Of a stretch of DNA of 64,000 nucleotides, positions 1 through 12,912 are shown one piece after another. Position numbers and translations under genes: made by a program. Positions within the stretch are counted from its first letter, which is position 1. Every line of letters begins with the position of its first letter. Source of the stretch: Utricularia gibba (Eukaryota > Plantae > Magnoliophyta); contig NEEC01000015.1 of NCBI GenBank assembly GCA_002189035.1, forward strand, positions 682,001 to 746,000. The letters run 5' to 3'. The notes beneath the pieces were generated by a model. It was not told where the DNA came from, ran no database searches, and worked only from the letters and a program-made list of their open reading frames with translations.

Positions 1-3000
1 TTTGGATGGTGAATCAAACTTAAAAACAAGATATGCCAAGCAAGAAACTCAAATGAAAAATCCAGAGAAAGGGGAGATGGGTGGATTGATCAAGTGTGAG
101 AAACCAAATAGAAATATTTATGGTTTTCATGCGAATATGGAGATTGATGGAAAGCAAATTTCTCTTGGGCCATCAAATATAATTCTACGTGGTTGTGAGC
201 TGAAAAACACTGACTGGGTCCTGGGAATTGCAGTATATGCTGGTAAGGAGACCAAAGCAATGCTCAATAACTCTGGCGCTCCATCCAAGAGAAGCCGCCT
301 TGAGACACGCATGAACCGGGAGATCATCTTCCTTTCTGCTTTCCTTGTTGCTCTGTGTACAGTAGTCTCCGTCTGTAATGGTGTTTGGTTGCGAGTCCAC
401 AGAAATGAGTTGGTGCTAATGCAGTTTTTCAGGAGGCATGACTATTCAATGCCTAGAGTTCGGAGTTATAATTACTACGGCTGGGGCTTGGAAGTATTCT
501 TTGTATTTCTTATGGCCGTCATTGTATTCCAAATTATGATTCCTATATCGTTGTACATATCCATGGAGCTTGTTCGTGTGGGACAGGCATTCAACATGAT
601 TCGAGATAAACATATGTTTGATGAAGTCTCGAATTCTAGATTCCAGTGTAGAGCTTTGAATATAAATGAGGATCTAGGACAGGTCAAGTATGTGTTTTCT
701 GACAAAACGGGTACTCTTACTGAGAACAAAATGGAGTTTCAGTGTGCTAGCATAGGAGGCAGGGATTACAGCAATGCAGAAGAAAGTAATGAAGACAGCC
801 GATTACTTTACACTACCCGAGGTGCATATAAACCTTCTTCCCCTTTCCATCTCCTTCCTTATTTGTTCTGTGTTCAAGGTTTTTTTTTTTTTAAATAGTT
901 TACCAAATTCAGCTGTATGTGGAGTTTTATGCGCTTTAGTTAATAGCAGGGAGCAGGAAAATTGTGAGGCCAAAGATGAGAGTAAAGATTGACCCAGATC
1001 TTTTCAATGTGTGCCAATATAGGCACACCAGTGAAGGCTGTCATGCTTATGACTTCTTCATAGCGTTGGCTGCTTGTAACACTGTTGTCCCATTGACTAA
1101 AGAAACATCAGACCCTGCAGTGAAGTTGGTAGACTATCAAGGGGAATCTCCAGATGAGCAGGCGTTGGTTTATGCTGCTGCAGCTTATGGGTTTATGCTT
1201 GTTGAGAGAACTTCAGGGCACATTGTTATTGATATCCAAGGAGAAAGATTAAGGTAGCAACTCATCTATTCTTACACTATTATGCGTATTCTGTAATACT
1301 TTCACTATGCCATGGTCTGTTATGCGTAATGCTCCGTACTTGCCCCTTCTGGTGTATCTGATAAATAAATAATCTGGATTTTTTTACCTTCATTTTGTTA
1401 CCTTTTCTAACTTGCAGGTTTGATGTACTGGGATTGCATGAGTTTGATAGTGACAGGAAGAGGATGTCAGTTGTGTTGGGATGTCCAGATAAGACTGTTA
1501 AGGTGTTCGTTAAAGGTGCTGATACATCAATGTTCAGTGCCATGGATAAATCACAGGACACGAAAATGCTAGATATCACGGCAGAGCATGTTAATGCCTA
1601 TTCCTCGAAGGGCTTAAGGACTCTTGTTGTTGGAATGCGTGAGCTCAATTCATTTGAATTTGAACAATGGCGGTCAGCTTATGAGTCAGCAAGTACTGCC
1701 TTGATTGGGAGGGGGCGTGTACTTCGCAGAGTTGCAAACAACATTGAAAATCATCTCAGAATATTAGGTGCATCTGGGATTGAGGACAAACTGCAGAAAG
1801 GTGTGCCAGAAGCAATTGAATGCTTAAGAACTGCAGGAATCAAGGTCTGGGTTTTGACGGGTGACAAGCAAGAAACAGCAATCTCAATTGGCTACTCATC
1901 TAAACTCCTGACAAGCAATATGAGCCAAATAGTGATAAATAAGAACTCTAAGGAGTCATGCAGAAAGAGTTTACAGGATGCTTTGCTTAGATTGAAGGAT
2001 CTCCCCAATTATTCTGATGATTTTCCTGGAACCTCTCAGAATCAAGTAAATCAAGTTGCTCTAATCATTGATGGAACAAGCCTTGTCTATATCCTGGACA
2101 CAGAACTTGAAAAAGAAGTAATTGCTTTGTTCTTTTCTATGAGAAAGCTCTCCTTGTGTATGTCATTTCACCATGTGATCTGTGTCTTTTGCAGCTTTTT
2201 CAACTAACCAGGATGTGCACTGTGGTATTGTGTTGTCGGGTGGCACCATTGCAGAAATCTGCAATTGTTGCCTTGATTAAGAAAAGAACTGATGATATGA
2301 CACTGGCTATTGGAGATGGTATGTATACTCGTGAATTTAAGGGAAGCAATTTATCCAAAACATGATTGTTGTTTTTGTCAACTTTTTTACACCCCGTTTG
2401 AATTTCAGGCGCCAATGATGTTTCTATGATCCAAATGGCCGATGTTGGCATAGGAATCAGCGGCCAAGAAGGCCGTCAAGCTGTAATGGCATCAGATTTT
2501 GCAATGGGTCAATTCCGATTTTTGGTTCCATTGTTATTAGTTCATGGACACTGGAACTATCAGCGGATGGGCTACATGATACTGTACAATATTTACAGAA
2601 ATGCAGTTTTCGTTCTGATCATGTTCTGGTAAGTGCAGTTTCTCTTAACAAGAACAGTGACTGTATTTATGCTGATAAAACTTTTCTCTTCCATGATTCA
2701 GGTATGTCTTGTTCACGGGCTTCACATTGACAACAGCGATCACAGATTGGAGCAGTTTACTGTATTCAGTGGTGTACACATCATTTCCTACAATATTTGT
2801 TGGAATTCTTGATAAGGATCTGACCAGAAAAACTCTGATGAAGCAACCACAACTCTATGGGGCCGGACAAAGGGAAGAAAATTACAACCCAAAATTGTTC
2901 TGGTTGACCATGTTGGATACTGTGTGGCAAAGCGCAGTTGCTTTCTTTATACCCCTTATCGCATACTGGGCCAGGACCATTGATATCTCCAGCTTAGGAG

Positions 3001-3470
3001 ATCTTTGGACCATCGCAGCAGCAATTATAGTTAACATTAATCTGGCCATGGATGTTCAGCGCTGGCACTGGGTAATACATGCTGCCATTTGGGGATCCAT
3101 AGTTGCCACATTCATTTGTGTTATGATTATTGATGCTCTCCCTTTCTTGCCTGGCTACTGGTAAGTCAGTTAATACATAAATATGATCTGTTCTTGCTGT
3201 ATGGTGCCTGAGCACTGATGGCTGCTGGTGTTTGTACATGTGCAGGGCTTTCTTTCATGTGTCTGGAACTGCAATGTTCTGGATTTGTTTGCTGATCGTT
3301 ACAGTAGCTGCACTCATTCCTCGTTTCACTGTGAAAGTGTTTGGTCAGTTGTTGAGACCGAGTGACATCCAGATTGCCAGAGAAGCAGAGAAGTTCGGTT
3401 ATAGGAGGGAGATGCCCTCATCCCAGGTAGAGATGGTGGAAGATACCACATTGTATGGAAGAATACAATG
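1..3470 (+). CDS. ALA1: Phospholipid-transporting P4-ATPase (flippase), ALA1-like; 5' end lies outside the window; about 7 exons visible
   Basis: Phosphorylation motif [47 protein letters not shown] and IGDG|ANDVSMIQ, followed by C-terminal TM helices. GT-AG introns join the ORFs; stop TGA at 3468-3470. Confidence 0.95.
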
Positions 3471-4907
3471 ACACGAGATGGGTTCATTTTGGTTTCGATT
3501 TCAGTTCGGTTTGAGATAGATCACATTATTTCCCGGAGACGGGTGTATTTGTATCTGTTGTGTATATGATGTGGTTAGATGCTGCTGCTGGTTCTGCTCA
3601 GAGGAGTCACAGAAGAAGCTTGTGTTTCCCTCTTGGGATGCTGCACTCAGCTGCGCATCTGATGTGTTTGTTAATTTGTTTATATGTGACAATGATATAT
3701 ATGTACATGACACGTGATACGAGCAATCGTCCAATTTGCTTATAGAGAACCTCCAATTGGTTGAAAGTCGTTCTATTTGCTGTATACGAGTTTTTTTTTT
3801 TTTTTTTTGAAACAAAAATTGTTAGTATTTAATGATAAAATTATTTTTAAAACACTTTTTAAAATTAAAAATTATATTGTAAGCCGCCCTGACTAACGGC
3901 TTGCATTTCAAATTGAGATGGTATAACGCTTCTTGTTAAGTCCGCCCAATCTCCTGATGGTCTTCGCTCGAATCGTGAGTATCTTCAATGAAACGGTGAC
4001 TAGTTTCTTCTTCTTCTTCTCTGTCTGCTGCTTTTCAAGCTCCGTTTCTTGGATATGGCGTCTTTCTATGGAGTCCAGCAGCGTTGGTGGCTGATCGGTG
4101 CATTTTTTGCATCTCTATCGGTGAACTTCGACATTAAGTTACTTTCTGGTGTGGATCCCTATTTTCTTTGCTGCGATTTGGAAATGTTCGTTGTTCGGTT
4201 CCAACCTGTTCGATGAAGTCCTGTACGGTGTTGGATCTTTCGAGGACTGAGGGTAATAGCCTTCTGGCTTTGGCTCGAATTGATTTTCATCCAGCGTCGA
4301 CGTGGTGAGCCCTAGCCCTGCACAGTCACCGTTACCCAAGAATTTGCCATCCTGTTGAGTCAACGTTATCATGGATGTCTTGATTCATGATCTGCCTTTT
4401 AGTTAAATGGACACCGTAGAGTGTCCGAGACTACTCGCGCATGAACAGTGGCTTGCCATTACACTCATTCGTGAAGTACATCACTGTTCAGTCGCTGACA
4501 GAACAAAGGTTGAAGAACCTTGGACCATATGTAAGTCGGATAGAGGAGCTGGATGCTCAAGAGCGAGTTGTCACCCTGAGATTGCAGGACATAGAAGCAA
4601 GCCGATCGAGCCCAAGCAACTCTCATTTGTAGTTAGTCCTCAAGTGCCGGAATAAGACCACCGTTTTGTGCTCTGAGCATGCCATGGTGCTGCTGCTGTC
4701 TTTGAAGCCGGTAAAGCTTTTCAAGAATCAAAGTTGCATTTTTTTGGTTATCTGCGGTTGACAATTGCGTTTTGCTCTGAGTATCTTGTTGTGAATTTGA
4801 GAGTTCTAATCATGTAAATAGATCCTCTTCTTCATAGCATGAGTTCCTAGAAAGTAAAAGCCTTGTCAAAATTTTATTCCACCAGGGGAAGGTATGAAAC
4901 ACATTCA

Positions 4908-7173
4908 TCATTTTGAGCTTTGCTTGGAGAACTGCCATAGCTTTTTCTTGCAGACGATGATCTTCTCCTTGGAGCCACCATCCTCTCCGGTGTCCTGTTT
5001 CCGGCAGTTCCACCTCATTCCGGTGGCCAATGCCGTTATAGCGTCCACAAAGTGGCTCGATTCTCGGATCAAAGCGTACCCGTTTGGCCGGAGAATCCGA
5101 TCCATCTCTAGCATTACATGCTTCATTTCACATCTGTGATCATCCATAAACCAGTGGATCGAATTGCATTACCAACCACAGCATCTGGTGCAATGTTATC
5201 AGATCCATCCGATAAACTTACCGGTGACTCTCCGCCGTGAAAAGTCCATCAAGATGCAGAAGGTCATAAGTTCGTGGATACGTGGAGAACGCTTCACACC
5301 TGAAAGGCACAATCTAGACCATATTTTTAGTCGTCAGTGGCAGATATTTACGCAGAGCTTCGAGTTCTGGATACTGACCAATCATGATACGTCCCAATGA
5401 GTCCCCTGTCAAAAACCACCGGAAGTGAATTGGAAGCATACTCGGAAACAACATTCATGACCCACAGCGGATACTGAATCAGCGCCGCCGCGAAGCCGCC
5501 GTATAAGGTATTCATGTCCATCACGTTTCGTATCTCATTCGTGCCAATCGCCGGGAGCAACTTCTTGTACCGCTCCACACGTTTCAGCCACAACGCATCG
5601 TCAATTCGAAAGCCACCATCACTCCCGCCACGGAGCTCCGATAACCGCTCCGGTGGGCTGTGGAGCCTCACCGGCCATTTAGGTATCGATTCAAGCGCCA
5701 ATTTCCCGTACCTGGGATTAGGGTGAACGACGCAGGACCGCATGGGAACGTACCACGCGGCGTCTGGCTCCATACCGTCGTCGCACTTCGGAGGGTAGCT
5801 GTCGGGGGAAGTGATCTTCTTGTAGCAGGCGGGGTCGGAGGACTTCCTCCATACGGCGATATCATCTTTTTTGCTGTACAAATCGAAGCACAATGAGGTA
5901 AGTAGTTGTTGAAGCTTTTCATAATCTGTTCTCTGTTCTTCAATCGTAGTGTTCCATCCCCTCCACCGGTGCTCGTAGTTCACCGGCGGCCCTGACAGCG
6001 CCCAGAATCCTCCCGGGCGGAGAATCCGGTGGATCTCGAAGAGGTATATCCCCCTGTCAGCAAATGAAAACGTCTTACTTACATACCTCACTTGCTTGTT
6101 ATCAGGGGAGTCGCGTTGGTTACCGAATTCAGTCCATGGGATGAGGCATCTAGAGCAGTGAGCCAGATCAAAGGCATGAGAAGGAAAGGGAAGTCTCTGA
6201 GTGGATATAACTCCAAGCATCGCTGGAATCCCTCTCTCAAGAGCAAATTGAACTTGGGCTTCATGATTGTCTCTTGGAGCTACTGATATTGTCAGAATCC
6301 CATGATCCAGCAAATCCCCTCCCCAGCTCGCAACCTACTCCAAACACAAAGGAACAATTCTGATATAGCTTTTGATGTAGGCAGTATGTGGATTGTGCAT
6401 TGTTCTACTTACCCCGCAGCCTGTGTCAATGGCGGTCCTCACACCTCCATCCTTCATCTCTGGTATCAGGTCCTTCATCAAATTGACATACTGACTAACT
6501 CCATTGGGGAACATGGTTCCTCCACCAGGGAAAAGAAACTTGTCCCCCTGCTTTCTCAGCCAACGCTGGTTTGATTTCTGCGTATTTATCCAATCATATG
6601 GCACATTTCTGCAACACGCACACACACCACCATCATGCTAGACTCTTTTGGACACTCGAAGCAGGTGGAATAGTGGAATGAACGAGATAAGCTGCTCTAC
6701 CTGTACCAGCATTCATCTCTGCTCTTGGGCCACCTAATTGGCAACCTATACCCTTCAGGTGGAGGAATCAAGCACTCAAGCTTCTCAAAGGTTGGAGGGC
6801 AGTGCCTCTCCAGGAATGTTAGTCGGTAAAGGCTGAATTTTCTCCATCTCTGCACCCATAAGAAACCGCCGATTCATTTCTATCTAAGGATGTTGAGATC
6901 TGTTTAAGATATAACCTGAGGATCAGTGCAGGGAGTGTAGTCCTGGAAATCAAGGTTGCACTCAGGGAAACTAACGGGGAACCGAACAGGACCGGAGACG
7001 ATCAGTCGTTCTTCGACGCCCATGTCGTGTTCGTCATTGTTTCGACTGGAGCAATAGATCCCACCGAGGTAGAAAGAAACCCCGCAGAGCAGACACAGAA
7101 GTATGGCCTTGGAGATCACCGCGGGGGAGTTACGTTCCCCGGACAAGTTCAGTTTACCGTGTTTGTGCTTCAT
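4908..7173 (-). CDS. PMT21: Putative pectin SAM-dependent methyltransferase, PMT20/PMT21 (ERD3) type; multi-exon; frame anomaly at the intron 6054-6123
   Basis: N-terminal signal-anchor ([16 protein letters not shown]), [55 protein letters not shown]. Confidence 0.93.
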
Positions 7174-7487
7174 TTCGTGGGGATGGATGATCGATCTGGA
7201 GAATAAGGCAATGAGATCGATGATGCTCTCATTTCTGCTCCATTTTCTTCGATGAAGCAGCAATTCAAACTCAATGTGTTCGTTATTCACTTAGCCAAAT
7301 ATAGGAAACGTTGGTTGGCTTCATGTTTCCCAGACCCAGGTTTCTAGCTGGAACACAACAGAATCACATAATGCAACACACTTGCTACAGACGAAGGGTG
7401 GCAATATACGTTCCATCCAGTCTGAGTTTCACAACTGAAAGGCCATGATTAGCTAACAAATAGAAGTTGCATGCGTCTACGCATATT

Positions 7488-7558
7488 TGGGCCGGGCATT
7501 GTTGGCCCAGCATAGCTTATATATAATGGTCTTCCTGCCCTTTCACCTTCTAGGGTTT
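7488..7558. promoter_or_regulatory. Site II (TGGGCC/GGCCCA) pair, TATA and telo-box cluster upstream of the PMT gene and of a possible divergent transcript
   Basis: TGGGCC 7488-7493, GGCCCA 7504-7509, TATATATAA ~7518-7526, TAGGGTTT 7551-7558. Confidence 0.5.
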
Positions 7559-8328
7559 ATTTGCAGACTGGAATGGTGCTCGAAGACAGTTTTTTTGTAG
7601 TTGTGGTTGATTTGCTGTTTTTTTTTTTTTCTTAAGTGGTGTTTCGATCTGTGAGGAAATTGCACTCTTGTCTTATGAAAGGCTTCGTCTTCTCGTTTCT
7701 GTTGAAATGAAAATAGACAAGCCTCTGAGGGAGAGTGCAGAAATCGAATGCTGATGGGAAAGTCAGCGGCGGCCAGACAACCGCTGAGATGGATCCACAG
7801 ATGATCGCCGCCTCCCCTTGGCCGATTGTCTACTAAATCCATATCACATTTTTTCTTGTTCCAGATTCGCCATTCAGAATGTTTTCTATTAGGGCTTTCC
7901 GAAACGGTTTGAAAGGGTGATGTGATTCAGGGTTGCGGTTTGTTTGGATCTTGATGATGTTCCTGTGTGTCTTTTGCAGCAAGAGACAGTCCAGCGCCAC
8001 CTTATGCTTAGCACCCCGTTGATCCTCATTGGTTTCTTTCCCCTTCCACGCCTCACTTTTGCACCCAAATCATGGTTACAGTTTTTCTGGGGTAATTAGT
8101 ATTTCCGTACAATCGTTTAGTTTCTGCGAACACTGCCTAACCAATGATCAGTGCATCATGCCATGGGGGTTGACTGGTATCAAAATGCTTGTGGAGGTTT
8201 CTTTGATTTGATATTTACATATGCATCTTGTGATGACTTCGAGGATGGGGACTCTCTGAAAGCCAGCAAGCCGAGGCCTCTTTTGCTGAACCAGGGGTTC
8301 TGACGGTCATGGTTTTAGCAGCCTCAAG

Positions 8329-8696
8329 CAGCGTTTTAAATAATGGTTTGCCCGTCCAACCGGTGTAGTTTGCGGGCAGCGGTTGGACCGGCCAGACCGT
8401 GGTCAAACCGGTCATATCCGTTGCTCACTTTTTAAATATATTTTATAATAAATTTGCAATATTTCATTCTAATGCATATCTTCAAAAAATATCAACTTAC
8501 AAATAAGTGTATATTAGAATAATTTGATATCAAATTAAAGTCTCAACTCAAGATATCTAACTAAATAAATGTTCAGAAAACTAGGGTTTTATGAAAGTAA
8601 TGATATACAACTCGGGCCTCAACCCGACCGGTATGGTTACCGGGTACCGGTTGGACCGGCAACCCGCGCGATCTGACCGCAGTTTTTAAAACGCTG
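8329..8696. mobile_element. Non-autonomous hAT-type element (MITE), 368 bp
   Basis: Terminal inverted repeats CAGCGTTTTAAA ... TTTAAAACGCTG; 8-bp flanks GCCTCAAG (8321-8328) and GCCTCAGG (8697-8704) match 7/8; repeated subterminal ACCGG motifs around an AT-rich core. Confidence 0.8.
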
Positions 8697-11076
8697 GCCT
8701 CAGGGATGTAAAGAATGTAATAATCAGTTAATATTAAAGAATATTCATTAAAGGAAAAATAATTTTCGTGGGCCAAAGAAGCCGATTGGATGTAATGTGT
8801 TAGCTATTGGATTCACGGTCTTTAAATAGCCAGCCGTAGTATTCTTTGGCATTGTCGTCAATTTTGTTACAAAATCAATGGCGTGTCCGCGATTCTTCGA
8901 GAGCGTTTTCGAAGATCCGTTTACGTCGCATTTTCAGGCGGATTCACCATGCTCCAATTGATGCTCTTCTGGCCACCGTTGGCGATTATCTTCTGAAGGT
9001 TAGCGAATTTGATGATCCGCGAATCTGAAGAGGGCCGATCGCTCAGTTGTGTGTCAACTGACGTATTCTGCCTGGATTTTTTACTCATCCTGATTTTCCT
9101 TTCGAAATGTAGCGAATCGAGTCAAAGTAAGAAATACGGTGCGGTATGTGGACGGTCATGCATCGTTAGTGCTTCGTTACTTCACCGATCGAATTCTTCC
9201 GAGATCCTGTTTAGACATCAGTGTTATCGAACTTTATGGACTGATATTTCGGGGTAAGTTCTTTTATGTTTTGGATCCCTAGTTGATATCATAGATCTCA
9301 TTTTTGTTGAGAAATCGAGTGCGTGATGCGTGGATTCTTTCCTTAGCTGCTTCGTTTGAAATAGAGACTGAACTCTTTTTTGTGTTATTCTTGTACACGT
9401 GAGTTGTTCTTAGACGAAGGAAGCAACGTGCCTGTTTCGAAAGGGATTTACATTTCTTGACAAAACCTCGTTAATGTTCGTGAAGACTCCCGCGAGCTCC
9501 AAATGGTACTGCAGTACAGTCGCCAGGCCCTCAGTCCTTGGCCTTGCTTTTCAGTTGAACTGGTGAGCGGACATGCATGACGTTTGAATCTTCTTGTTTT
9601 TTTTTTTTTCGAATTTCCTGCTTTCCATGTTTTCTTGCTCACTGAACTGTTTTGTGCGAAGAAAATCTTTATCCTATCGAGTTCCTCTTAAAACTACCGT
9701 TCAATGCTCGTTTTCTTTAATGTGACTTCAATGAGTTCTGTTTTCGCCATTTGTTCTATAGCGTTTACGGTTACCTTGTTGATACTTTTTTTTATCAGTA
9801 AAAAACAGGAGAAAAGAAGAAAAAATCATCAAGGTAACCCTACTCATGATTTTTAGTTTACCTTGTTGATATGCATGCTCTTCCTGGGGAAAAAACTCTT
9901 ATTGTCGGCAGGTGTTTGTAAAAACAAAAAAAAAAATGAAATGCTGGAGTTTGAGACTTGAGAGCAGGCCCCGTGGATCAGCCTCAGCAGGTTGGTTCTT
10001 AGTCGTATATTTAGGTCACTTGATTTAGGTCATACGCATTAGCATCCACTCATCGTCACAAATCAGGAAAAAAATTATTTAGATAGATTTGGTTTTGCTG
10101 GAATGTGGAAAAAGGTCAATGAGAATGATCGATTCTGTGTCAGAATGCCCCGAAACTTGGTATAACTCGACCCAAATTAATTTGCATAAAAATTTACTGA
10201 AAACATTTAAGTATAGCTTTTTTATTTAAAGAAATTATCTGATATTTAAGTTTTTGTAATTTAAATTTATTTAATACAGTGTTTAAAAAACTATGATTAA
10301 ACTAGTAGAGATTGGATATAATTGTAATTAAATTTTTTCGAATATATTTAACATGTATCGTTAGTGAACTTTATTCATAGTTTTTAGTCATTTAACGTAC
10401 TTTTTTAATATATGTATTTAATTATGTTGAAATTTGACTACATTATTTTATTTAATGTAAATGCGTTTTATAAAATACGGTACTCTTTAATCCTATTTTT
10501 TTCAAACTTTTTTCTAATGAAGTTTCTTATTTAAATTTGTATACTGTTAAGTGCACTATATAATACATATATATTTATTCCAATACACATAATTTTCTAA
10601 GAATTTTATAACTTTTAAAATCATTTTATCATAATTAAACTCCTTGCAAAAGTGCCCATCCAACGGTGGTTATATAGCTTGTTTGTTACCGATGTCGATA
10701 TGCAAGAAATCAGAGAATTCATTTATCACAAAAAGCACCAAACAGCGTATTGTAATCGCGCCAAAAAACAACTAAAAAATTACATGGACTATAAAAATAT
10801 CGCCTATTTACTTGTTTATATACAATAAAGTCACTTAGGTAATAATAAATCTCTAATTTTAAGTCCCTCACTGAATTCAAATCATAAATCTAAAGCTAAG
10901 CCAAATTAAATGTTTTAATTGATAAGGACACCCGGCGGGTTGGATGGAAACGAATTTTAAATCACCCAACCACTTTCAAACTCAAGCTAACTAACCTGGT
11001 CAAGAAAAAAAATTAGTGTCAACCCAAGGCCAAGGGTTACCCTCCAATCAACATACAGGAACTGAGAAACAAGTTT

Positions 11077-11094
11077 GGGGGGGGGGGGGGGGGG
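11077..11094 (+). repeat. G18 homopolymer
   Basis: Direct reading of the sequence. Confidence 0.9.
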
Positions 11095-12912
11095 AATGGT
11101 AGTTATATCATCACATGCAAATGAGGGTGACACATCTATTACCAAAAACAAAAAGAACTCCAAAGACCGGCAAATACGACAGCCAAGTTGATTACCCTTA
11201 CGATGATACGACAGATTCGGAGCTCCAAAGAGACTCATGAAGACATAATCCCTCAACATGCCATCCCACACACATGGATACGCCAACATAGAACGCTTTA
11301 GAACTCCGAAGAATGATTTTTCAAAAACTTCCCATGTGACATTGCGGCCTAGATCACAAAATATAGATTTACCTTGTATTGAAGAGAGCCTGCTGTGTAA
11401 TTCTAACCTTGGCCTTGCCAGCTTTGCAAATGCTCCCCAAATCCTCCATGAAATCACTCAATATCCGGAAAATGATCAGTTGATGGACTGGGGTTTAAGT
11501 GGAAATATCGCATCACCAAGACAAGAAGGACGCTACATGGATTAGCGATTAAAGGAACTTGAAAACTAGTTAAAGCTACATGCCTGTCAGCACAAGAAGC
11601 TCATGGAAGAATATTGATAGTTAATCGATAAACACAGCAGCTTGAATAATGGCTAGGCGGATTCCTTGATGTACCAAACTTCATAATCTGACATCAATAA
11701 TCTCTGCCAGAAGACATGCCCAAGAATGACAACGTTCTCCACCTAATAGTTTTATGTTTATTTAAATCAAATACTCAGTACTATAATGACTTGTTGGCTA
11801 ACCTTATAAGAAGAGACGCTCGAAAAGCAAAGTAGGATATTCAAAATAAAGATCAACTCCGGATGAAGCATTTATATTCAATTTCAGTCCCAGCGCCAGA
11901 ATACTTAATCCAAGAAGAAATAAACACAAACGTAATCCAAACCACAAGTAGGCAAATGGACGCTGGTGCTAGTTGGACATTAGGTAGTACGACTACCGTA
12001 ATATACGGTTGTGAAATTAAACACGAGAATACAATGTTACTGCCTAGGTTGTAAATTCAGAACGTCTAACACGAGAATTGGTACAGGCGAACCGCACACA
12101 CTTCATAAATGAAGCTCGAAGATAGCAACCAAACGTGCAAGTACGTTTACCTTTACAAAAGGCAGGAGGAATCACGATCGGGAACACGGAGCTGCAACAT
12201 GTCTGGAAGCAGGATCTATGCAATGGAGGTGCAGGATCGCCGGAAACAGTCAAAAGACATGTACCATAGGGCTTCTACCTTCCGGGAGTTCCACAAATAG
12301 ATCGGGATACTTCCTGCGAGTTGTCCACTAAAACGCTATTCAAATTAAAATGATCTGTTGCAAGCGTCATCTCCACGTATCCTAGAAATATTTTTTCGAT
12401 TGAGGAAAGTTTTAGCGCTAACCAGAGAAGTAAACATGTTTTCCAGGGTTTCTCGGTCATCACGCTTACTCTACATTCTCTTTCTTGGAATCGATCGAAG
12501 CAGCCGCGTCGGATGTCTTCATATCCACGACGTACGACAACTCCTCCGCGAAATTTCTCGCCTTCGCCGCCGCTTCGGCCTCCATCTCTTCCGTATTAGG
12601 CACACCAAACGCATTTTGTCCAAAATTCAAATTTTATTCTAGCAATATATATACTATTAGTATTTTATTATTTAAGTTATACTATATAATTATGTTAGTT
12701 TTAGATGTATATATATATATTCTCTTTCGGACATGTAATGAAGATACAATATATATATACAGCTTATGTCCGACAAGTAGGACACACTTATTTTCAAAGT
12801 CGTTCTCACAGCCGTCCATGTTGGAGTTTCTTTACTTTTTAGTATTCGTTAGCACGAGTGTTTTAGTGTTGGAACAAGTATGCACTTTTGAGAGCAGAAG
12901 CATTTCTTTCCA

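Noticed and set aside
3900-4700. Short ORFs on both strands between ALA1 and PMT (4139-4372, 4407-4655, 4441-4632)
   Set aside because: No recognisable domain, splice pattern or TE ends; may be a decayed fragment but cannot be supported.
7940-7965. ATCTTGATGATG, resembling miR172
   Set aside because: Only 12 nt match and no complementary star arm nearby.
9005-9030. TGATGA followed by CTGA (box C/D-like)
   Set aside because: The boxes are about 10 nt apart, too close for a snoRNA, with no terminal stem.
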